Shown here one piece after another: positions 8,996 to 14,954 of a DNA stretch of 32,000 bases (positions are counted from its first letter, which is position 1; each line of letters starts with the position of its first letter). The notes beneath the pieces were generated by a model, which saw nothing but the letters and a program-made list of their open reading frames with translations, did no database searches and was not told the origin of the DNA. Source of the stretch: Candidatus Iainarchaeum sp. (lineage in GTDB: Archaea > Iainarchaeota > Iainarchaeia > Iainarchaeales > VGJJ01); assembly GCA_030688545.1 (NCBI GenBank), contig JAUYHT010000006.1, positions 390,001-422,000 of the forward strand. Reading direction: 5' to 3'. The position numbers were made by a program, and so were the translations under genes.

Positions 8996-9505
8996 TCATT
9001 TCACCAAATGGGCCGCCAGATGGGTGACTCCTTTCGTTCCCAGCGCGCGAGAAAGCAGGGCATACCATAACCCCACGGCCACTCCACTCATAAGGAACCA
9101 GCTCACTACGTGGAAAAATTCCGCGGCCACTGCGCCGAAGGCGAATCCCATTCCAACGACTCCCGCGACGCGCAATAGGTTCAATACGAGGAGGGTGACG
9201 ACTCCGAGTAGGCCCCATTCCCATTTTTGGGAGCGCGCGGGGTGACGAAAACCTAAGAGGAGAGCGAGGAATATACCCGCGCTCGTGAATCCCAAGCACT
9301 CAGGAGTTATGGCAAACGCTCCTTCTTGGAATGGGATGAAGATTCCATTCACTTGGATGGCAAAAAGTATGCCTATAAACCGTGAAAGGGTCTCCTGGAA
9401 AAAAGAGAGGGGAACAAACCGCAACCCTAATTGGATGAGGATAAAAACAGCGAGGAAGCGAATCGTGAATTCCCGGATGCGGGGGTGCGAGAGGAAGCGG
9501 GCCAT
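8996..9505 (-). CDS. Exosortase/archaeosortase family protein (minimal ~170-aa form)
   Basis: 169-aa polytopic membrane protein. Family catalytic-triad spacing: Cys in ITPECLGF (CSG-like), Arg in LNLLRV (N..R), His in EFFHVVSWFLMSG. Lies 4 nt downstream of carS. Confidence 0.7.
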   Translation of the reverse strand: MARFLSHPRIREFTIRFLAVFILIQLGLRFVPLSFFQETLSRFIGILFAIQVNGIFIPFQEGAFAITPECLGFTSAGIFLALLLGFRHPARSQKWEWGLLGVVTLLVLNLLRVAGVVGMGFAFGAVAAEFFHVVSWFLMSGVAVGLWYALLSRALGTKGVTHLAAHLVK

Positions 9506-9509
9506 TTCG

Positions 9510-10022
9510 TCACCAGGGAACGCTCTTTATTTTCAACATGAAAGCGAGGCGGTTGAATAGCGAATGGAGGGTGGGGGTGATGAGCAGGAGGATCCCGGCC
9601 TCGAGGGGGGTGGGGACATACAAAAATAATCCGAATACCAATCCCCCGATCACGAAATCCAATTGGTCCAACAGGGGAGCGGGGTGGCCGGATTTTAAAT
9701 TGAGCCGCCGTTTGATGAAGCTTCCGATAGCATCTCCTGCGATGGCCCCGAAGGATAAAAGAAAGGAATAAGTCACGTATTCGGGGGATATTCCGTGGGT
9801 GAATGCCGGAAATAAATAGTGGAGGAGGAACCCAGAGAATGTTCCCACGAGGATGCCCATCCCGGCCCCTTTCCAGGTTTTACCCATTCCAAATATGGGT
9901 CGGCCGTCTCGCCATGTCAGGTGGAAATCAATAGGCGTTTTCCCCCCGAACACCATAGCCGAGGAGTTAGCCAGGTATAATGGAGCGGCCGTCAGGAAAA
10001 GGTACACCCAGAGGGCAGGCAT
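9510..10022 (-). CDS. carS: CDP-archaeol synthase (CDP-2,3-bis-O-geranylgeranyl-sn-glycerol synthase)
   Basis: 170 aa. DUF46/UPF0290 signature GKTWKGAGMG ... GDAIGSFIKRRL ... PLLDQLDFV. Confidence 0.85.
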   Translation of the reverse strand: MPALWVYLFLTAAPLYLANSSAMVFGGKTPIDFHLTWRDGRPIFGMGKTWKGAGMGILVGTFSGFLLHYLFPAFTHGISPEYVTYSFLLSFGAIAGDAIGSFIKRRLNLKSGHPAPLLDQLDFVIGGLVFGLFLYVPTPLEAGILLLITPTLHSLFNRLAFMLKIKSVPW

Positions 10023-10044
10023 GGGGGAGGAATGCCCTTCCCCA

Positions 10045-10059
10045 TTTTAAGGATTTAAG
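10045..10059. promoter_or_regulatory. Back-to-back TATA-like elements for divergent carS (minus) and sppA (plus)
   Basis: TTTTAA at 10045-10050 is 23 nt from the carS ATG (10022). TTTAAG at 10054-10059 is 22 nt from the sppA ATG (10081). This is the same spacing seen at other genes in the window. Confidence 0.45.
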
Positions 10060-10080
10060 TGCGGGTATACTCGATTCCCC

Positions 10081-11091
10081 ATGCGCCGTGCCCCTTCATC
10101 TCCCCAACCTGTTCCGGATGCCAAGATCACCCCCTGGCCGGATGAACGGGAAAATACCCCTCCCCCTTCCATCAGGCGGGGTCGCGGGATGAGGGATTGG
10201 ATCGTGCTGATTGCCGCCGTCATTCTGGGGATTTATGTTTTGGGTTTTCTTCTCTTGCTCTTGGATTCCCCTGGAAGCGGGGGAAACCTTTTTCGAGGCG
10301 GGGGGAGCATCGCTCTCATCCCGGTGGAAGGGGAGATAACGTCTTCACCAGGGAATGGAGTGACATCCTACCAAGAAATTATCCAGTCGCTGGACGAGGC
10401 CTCATCCAATACCAGCGTGCGGGCCGTGTTGCTGGAGATCAACAGCGGTGGGGGGAGTGTCGTGGCCACGCATCAGGTGGTGACCCGTATTCGGGAGATG
10501 GATAAGCCAGTCGTGGCTTGGATTGGGGAGGCAGGAGCCAGCGGGGCCTATTATATCGCGGCCGCCGGAAACCATATCATCGCCGATCCGGACGCCATCA
10601 CGGGAAGCATAGGAGTGATTTCGCGTCAGCCCAAATTCTATGAATTGCTCGAAAAGATCGGGGTTGAATGGGTAACCATCCAAACGGGAGAATTGAAGGA
10701 CATCGGATCCCCTTTCCGGGCGATGACAGAAGAGGAGCGGGAGCTCTTTGAACAGTTGGTGGAGGAATCCTTTTTGGAATTCGTGAAGGATATCCGTTCA
10801 TTCCGTGGAGATAATCTGGTGGAAGAGCGTTTTCTGGAAGTATTGGATGGTCGCATTGTATCAGGACGGCAGGCCGTTCTAGCCGGTTTAATCGATGAAA
10901 CGGGAACGAGGGAATACGCCATTCTGAAAGCCGGGGAGTTGGGGGGCATCGAGGGAAAACCCAATGTCATTGTCATGCGGGAAGAGCGCTTTACTTTAGG
11001 GGATTTGCTTTTCGCCATGGGTCAGCAGTTTGGGAAAGGATTCACTTCGAGCGCGGCCGGGTTGGATACGCCAGCGTTGTCGGCGAGATAA
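10081..11091 (+). CDS. sppA: Signal peptide peptidase SppA, 36K type (S49 family)
   Basis: 336 aa. TM anchor MRDWIVLIAAVILGIYVLGF, then NSGGGSVVA, GEAGASGAYYIAAAG (Ser nucleophile region) and ADPDAITGSIGV. Alternative start ATG 10189 lies just before the TM helix. Confidence 0.85.
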   Translation: MRRAPSSPQPVPDAKITPWPDERENTPPPSIRRGRGMRDWIVLIAAVILGIYVLGFLLLLLDSPGSGGNLFRGGGSIALIPVEGEITSSPGNGVTSYQEIIQSLDEASSNTSVRAVLLEINSGGGSVVATHQVVTRIREMDKPVVAWIGEAGASGAYYIAAAGNHIIADPDAITGSIGVISRQPKFYELLEKIGVEWVTIQTGELKDIGSPFRAMTEEERELFEQLVEESFLEFVKDIRSFRGDNLVEERFLEVLDGRIVSGRQAVLAGLIDETGTREYAILKAGELGGIEGKPNVIVMREERFTLGDLLFAMGQQFGKGFTSSAAGLDTPALSAR

Positions 11092-11145
11092 CCTGTATTC
11101 CTTCTTTGATACGTTGGTATCCCCCGGAATTGGACCCAACACTTC

Positions 11146-11352
11146 CCAAAAAAAGTTCGTTTTTGATCAAACTTTTTTCTAAAAAGAAGTCATTTTTTGA
11201 TCAAACTTTTTTTATAAAAAAGTTTGTTTTGATGAAACTTTTTCCTAAAAAGTACCTTTTTTTGATCGAACTTTTTTCTAAAAAGTTCGTTTGATGAAAC
11301 TTTTTTCCAAAATGTTATTTTTTTGATCAACCTTTTTTTCCAAAAAAGGTTG
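11146..11352. repeat. Six tandem copies of the ~33-bp AT-rich repeat family (locus B)
   Basis: GAT(C/G) cores at 11165, 11199, 11231, 11264, 11293 and 11325 (spacings 34, 32, 33, 29, 32). Each unit reads approximately TTTTTTGATCAAAC TTTTTTCT AAAAAG NNN. Fills the gap between convergent sppA and the DUF92 gene. Confidence 0.9.
11329..11351 (-). terminator. Perfect 10-bp hairpin formed by the last repeat unit, 3 nt past the DUF92 stop
   Basis: AACCTTTTTT (11329-11338) pairs with AAAAAAGGTT (11342-11351), with a 3-nt loop. The stem itself supplies a U6 tract on both strands. Confidence 0.4.
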
Positions 11353-11354
11353 TT

Positions 11355-12029
11355 CTAGAACAACAGCGCAAAAAACACGCCGATGATCAGGGCGGAGAGG
11401 AAGTTGGTGAGGTTGTTGTCGGCATACCCCTCTTTCTGGAGGGTGGCTCCAATGAGGCTGTCGAGAACCGATCCCATGATTCCCGCCAGGGTGAGAGCGG
11501 CCAGCCAGAACACGTCTTGCGTGAGGACATATCCTAAAATCCCGAAAATTATTCCGCCCGCAGCGGCCGCGACCAGGCCTAACACCGTAATTCCTCCATC
11601 CGTCCCAGGTGTGACGGGTTTGAGAGTGGTAATGAGGAGCGGGGGGTCTTTGGACATCCCTCCAATTTCGCTGGAAAGGGTGTCCGCGAACGCGGAGGCG
11701 AGCGAAGCAAAATAGCCCACACTGAAAGGAACGGGATTGATGATCAGCGCCAGTAATGCCGGTCCCACGTTCCCGATGATGTTCACGGTGGATCGAGTGC
11801 CGTGTTCCTTTTGCCTATATTTTCCTCGTACAAATCGAGTGACGCTTTCCCCCACTAGGAAGAAGAGGATGATGGCAAAAAAGGCTCCCAACCCCCCGCG
11901 TTCGGCGACAAATAGGGCGACGATCCCTCCAATAAAAATACCGGGGAGGTCGAGCAAGCGCTTGTGAATCACCAAGGCAATAACAACCAACAACACAGCG
12001 CCCACCACGAGCGCGGTTTCAGGGATCAT
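11355..12029 (-). CDS. DUF92/TMEM19 family integral membrane protein (family of plant phytyl-phosphate kinase VTE6)
   Basis: 224-aa polytopic protein. Family-typical ADTLSSEIG and GTDGGITVLGLVAAAAGG motifs. Confidence 0.75.
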   Translation of the reverse strand: MIPETALVVGAVLLVVIALVIHKRLLDLPGIFIGGIVALFVAERGGLGAFFAIILFFLVGESVTRFVRGKYRQKEHGTRSTVNIIGNVGPALLALIINPVPFSVGYFASLASAFADTLSSEIGGMSKDPPLLITTLKPVTPGTDGGITVLGLVAAAAGGIIFGILGYVLTQDVFWLAALTLAGIMGSVLDSLIGATLQKEGYADNNLTNFLSALIIGVFFALLF

Positions 12030-12043
12030 GATTTTCAGTGGGA

Positions 12044-12640
12044 TTAGATTCGGCGGATCTTGATGACATCCACCCGCTTGAGGGGGGATATCTTGTGCGC
12101 GGCCTGGGAAGTGGCCGTTGTTCCATCCCCTAATACAAGGGAGTGGAGCAATCCCTCGTATTCGCTTTCGAGCGCAAACGCCACCATATTATCGTGCATG
12201 ATCTTGCGAACAGCCGTCTGCTGGGACTGGGACATGCGTCCGGCGGTCAATGCCAGGCTTTTCACGCGCGCCCGCACCCCGTCTTTGGTTACCACATCAT
12301 CCACGCTCTCCACTTTGGAGGAACGTCGGCGCACCAGTCGTTTGAGAGCGCCGGTCTGCACGTGCATCGAGTCGAAAATGGTATTGGCATTGGTGCCTTG
12401 GACATCCAGCACGCGGAAATTGAGCATAACCTGGGTTTTCTTGATGTTTCCCGTGAGATCGCGGGCGCTCACTGAGATAATTCGGCCCACCATCTTCTCC
12501 GATTCTTCCGCGGGGGTTTCCCCAATGAGACGGTGGCTGAAGGACGCAGGAGCAAGAATGTGAAACCATTTTTTATTCTTCCATTTGTCAACGGTCTTCC
12601 GTCTCTTCACGGGGGGTTTGGTGGGTGTTTTTTCAGCCAT
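12044..12640 (-). CDS. rps3ae: 30S ribosomal protein S3Ae (eS1)
   Basis: 198 aa. N-terminus KRRKTVDKWKNKKWFHILAPASF is typical of S3Ae. Confidence 0.9.
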   Translation of the reverse strand: MAEKTPTKPPVKRRKTVDKWKNKKWFHILAPASFSHRLIGETPAEESEKMVGRIISVSARDLTGNIKKTQVMLNFRVLDVQGTNANTIFDSMHVQTGALKRLVRRRSSKVESVDDVVTKDGVRARVKSLALTAGRMSQSQQTAVRKIMHDNMVAFALESEYEGLLHSLVLGDGTTATSQAAHKISPLKRVDVIKIRRI

Positions 12641-12651
12641 AGGAGTTCACT

Positions 12652-13062
12652 TTACTTCATGAGCAGCGCTGCGGATTCGGGGGTGTATCGCCACCCGGCA
12701 GGGAGCTTGTTGGTTTGGATATAGTAGTGCACGCGTCGCCTGATTTTGGAGACGGTGAGCTGGTACCCCCGCTTGGAGGTCATATCCTTCTTATTGGCGA
12801 GCATGTGTTTATGGAGCACCACAGTCTTCCGGATGAGGTTCATCAGGTCTTCCGGGATGTCCCCGGCCAGATTCTTTTCGGTGAGGATTTGAGTAACCCG
12901 TTTTTGGGTGATGGCCTTGACATGAGGAATCCCATACTGGTCCCGCAGAGCCACCCCTATTTGGCTGGCCGACAATCCCTGATTGGCCAATTGGGTGATG
13001 AGCCCTTCTATTTCTTGGGGCGAATAGTCCACATATTGGCCGGTCTTGCTTTGCTCACTCAT
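12652..13062 (-). CDS. rps15: 30S ribosomal protein S15 (uS15/S13e)
   Basis: LSASQIGVALRDQYGIPHVK, IPEDLMNLIRKTVVLHKHM and KDMTSKRGYQLTVSKIRRRVHYY are S15/S13e hallmarks. The track ORF extends to a GTG at 13110. ATG 13062 has AAGAGGT ~10 nt upstream and aligns with the RMH position near homologue N-termini. Confidence 0.85.
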   Translation of the reverse strand: MSEQSKTGQYVDYSPQEIEGLITQLANQGLSASQIGVALRDQYGIPHVKAITQKRVTQILTEKNLAGDIPEDLMNLIRKTVVLHKHMLANKKDMTSKRGYQLTVSKIRRRVHYYIQTNKLPAGWRYTPESAALLMK

Positions 13063-13111
13063 GCGTGGAAAAACCTCTTTTTCTTTCAAAACCGCTTTTT
13101 CGGGCGGCACC

Positions 13112-13157
13112 GGGTATGCCGGATGAGGGCCATACCCAGCTTGGTACCAGAACCAAG
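13112..13157 (-). promoter_or_regulatory. Two adjacent hairpins in the predicted 5' leader of the S15-S3Ae-DUF92 operon
   Basis: GGGTATG 13112-13118 pairs with CATACCC 13131-13137. CTTGGT 13140-13145 pairs with ACCAAG 13152-13157. The only TATA-like element upstream on the minus strand is TATAAAAA (13181-13188), which places the TSS near 13157. Confidence 0.35.
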
Positions 13158-13182
13158 ATAATCAACCCTCCTGGGGAAGGTT

Positions 13183-13188
13183 TTTATA
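13183..13188. promoter_or_regulatory. Shared TATA element (TTTATA / TATAAA) for the divergent hypothetical gene (plus) and the S15 operon (minus)
   Basis: Lies 23 nt upstream of ATG 13211, matching the leaderless geometry. It is the only TATA-like sequence in the 13063-13210 gap. Confidence 0.4.
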
Positions 13189-13210
13189 GGTTAGGCTTCG
13201 ATCGGAAGAT

Positions 13211-13702
13211 ATGAAAAATCTCCTTCATCGGGTGAAGAAAGCCATCCAGGCGCATCGGGTACAACGGCGAGCCCGAAAGCCTATTCCGGCCAAACGGTGG
13301 GGGAAAGAATTGTTTCCATTTATCTTCAATTTTTTGGATGATTTTTCCATTGCCCAGCGGGCCAAAAAAAATCACCAGACGCGCCTGCGATTGGAAGCCG
13401 CCGAAGGGGCGCGCGAGCGTCTGAAGGATCTGAGTGATTTTGGATTTAAAATAGCGGTTTCCCGGGCGTTGACCGCGGCGGGTGTTTTTGACCAAAAAAT
13501 GAGGAATGAAGTAACCCGCATCGTGGTCCGGGTCGGTGTTCATCAGCAGGAAGGGGATGTTAATCAGATGAAAGCGCGCTTAATCAAAATATTGGGAAAG
13601 CGAAAATACAACCGGTTTATTTCCATTATCCGTCGCGAGTCAGTGGTGGGGGGAGACGAATTTGAGAGATTGTTACACCAAATGAGGCGCCGGAAGGGCT
13701 AG
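13211..13702 (+). CDS. Hypothetical basic protein, no recognisable family
   Basis: 163-aa ORF, Arg/Lys rich. ATG lies 23 nt after TTTATA. A competing 119-aa minus-strand ORF (13184-13543) has no such signal. Confidence 0.5.
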   Translation: MKNLLHRVKKAIQAHRVQRRARKPIPAKRWGKELFPFIFNFLDDFSIAQRAKKNHQTRLRLEAAEGARERLKDLSDFGFKIAVSRALTAAGVFDQKMRNEVTRIVVRVGVHQQEGDVNQMKARLIKILGKRKYNRFISIIRRESVVGGDEFERLLHQMRRRKG

Positions 13703-13715
13703 AGACGCCTCCCTT

Positions 13716-14354
13716 TCAGGCGTACCGGATCCTTTTTTCCACGGCTTCCATCTGGTCCAGAACGGCTTTTTTTCCGCCATGGTCGACGTAGGCCTGCTGG
13801 ATGGCCGTCCACCCTTCGGGGAACGTAGAATGAGTCGCGGAAAATGTTTTTTTGAGATTCACCAGGTCCACGGCCAAATCTTCTATCTTGCGCGAGTGAA
13901 ACGCCAGGCCAAAATCAATCATCACCAGATTTCCAGGCTTGGTTTTGGAGGGGAAGGGCACCATCACATTGCTCGTGGTCAAATCCCCGTGGACCATACC
14001 ATGCGTATGGAGTGTGGCGATCATCCGGCCGAATTGGGCGCAATAGGCTGTTTTCTGCGAGGCGGGATGTTTTTTCAAAAGGAAATGCTTCAACCGCTCC
14101 CCCGGGATAAAGGTCATGTAAATGGCACTCTTTCTCACGTCAATGAGATACACGAGAGGGGTGAGCACCCCATGCGTCTTGGCCGCGTGCATGAGGCGCG
14201 CTTCTCGTCCCAGGCGCTCCCCTCGGAGTCGGGCATCTAAATCGGGGTGGCGATATCCTTTAGGGACGCGCGTCTTTCGGATCAGAACAAGCGAGCCAAG
14301 CGTTACTTTTTCAAGTACGGCCTCCGCGCCGATTGAGAGGATGGAAAGTGCCAT
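13716..14354 (-). CDS. bud32: KEOPS complex kinase/ATPase Bud32 (PRPK)
   Basis: 212 aa. GAEA P-loop-like start, KGYRHPDLDARLRGERLGREARLM, catalytic HGDLTTSN, IDFGLA, EDLAVDL. Confidence 0.88.
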   Translation of the reverse strand: MALSILSIGAEAVLEKVTLGSLVLIRKTRVPKGYRHPDLDARLRGERLGREARLMHAAKTHGVLTPLVYLIDVRKSAIYMTFIPGERLKHFLLKKHPASQKTAYCAQFGRMIATLHTHGMVHGDLTTSNVMVPFPSKTKPGNLVMIDFGLAFHSRKIEDLAVDLVNLKKTFSATHSTFPEGWTAIQQAYVDHGGKKAVLDQMEAVEKRIRYA

Positions 14355-14388
14355 TTAGGAATAGGAACGGGCGCCCCCTTATTATGGT

Positions 14389-14934
14389 TTAAGTCACGAT
14401 ACACCCGCGTTGCACCAGTTCAGCCATTTCGGTATGCGTGCGGGCCATTCCCTCCAATGTGGCGAGGGCTTGGAGGAGGTAGTCCGCTCCCAGTTCATTG
14501 GCGATAGTCGTATTCGTTCTAACGGAATCGAATCCAGCGCGGGCCGCGAGGGCGTCGGTGCGGGCCTCCTGGAACAATTGAAGGATGCGTTCCCCGGGTT
14601 GTTCGGGCCCGCAGTCCAAGAGGGACACATCCTGGTTCAACCAAAGAGATAAGGCGGCTTCCGCCTTTTCCACGCTGGATAGGGAGGCAAGAGAGGCCTC
14701 CAGATAGGACGTGAGGGGAGATGATGATAAGGGATTGGTTGAAATTTGGGATTGGTGTTTCACCAATTCATCCCGGTAAGCCATGCGCCCGGTGTCGGTA
14801 GCAGGTATGAGGAGTCCATCCGGGACGAATTGAACCCGAACATCATGTAATTCGCGCGCGAGCGCCGTTTCATTCGGGCCCAGGATGCAGCCGCTGAGCA
14901 GGAGGATGAAAAAGAGTCCCATGAGTCGTTTCAT
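14389..14934 (-). CDS. Hypothetical lipoprotein
   Basis: 181 aa. Signal peptide plus lipobox MKRLMGLFFILLLSGC. No recognisable domain. Confidence 0.6.
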   Translation of the reverse strand: MKRLMGLFFILLLSGCILGPNETALARELHDVRVQFVPDGLLIPATDTGRMAYRDELVKHQSQISTNPLSSSPLTSYLEASLASLSSVEKAEAALSLWLNQDVSLLDCGPEQPGERILQLFQEARTDALAARAGFDSVRTNTTIANELGADYLLQALATLEGMARTHTEMAELVQRGCIVT

Positions 14935-14954
14935 GGGAAGGAAAACCGGTGCGG

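Noticed and set aside
11106-11294. 62-aa plus-strand ORF (MIRWYPPELDPTLPKKSSFLIKLFSKKK...) across the sppA/DUF92 gap
   Set aside because: It is simply the translation of the AT-rich tandem repeat (periodic LFSKK/FLIK). It has no RBS or TATA at the right distance, and its frame is not preserved in the equivalent arrays at the other two loci.
11146-11352. Reading the repeat arrays (here and at 8796-8990 and 25101-25267) as CRISPR arrays
   Set aside because: Units abut each other with only 0-5 variable nucleotides, so there are no spacers. The repeats are AT homopolymer-rich and degenerate. No cas genes or leader are present.
8796-11352. Replication origin near the PolD genes, with AT-rich repeats acting as ORB-like elements
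   Set aside because: There is no orc1/cdc6 gene in the window. The repeats are direct tandem copies rather than inverted ORB pairs flanking an unwinding element, they lack the G-rich ORB tail, and they occur at three separate loci.
13184-13543. 119-aa minus-strand ORF overlapping the 13211-13702 hypothetical gene
   Set aside because: It is shorter than the plus-strand alternative. It would have to start inside the plus gene with no TATA or SD, whereas the plus ORF has a TATA at the canonical 23 nt. Neither has homology, so confidence in the plus call is only moderate.
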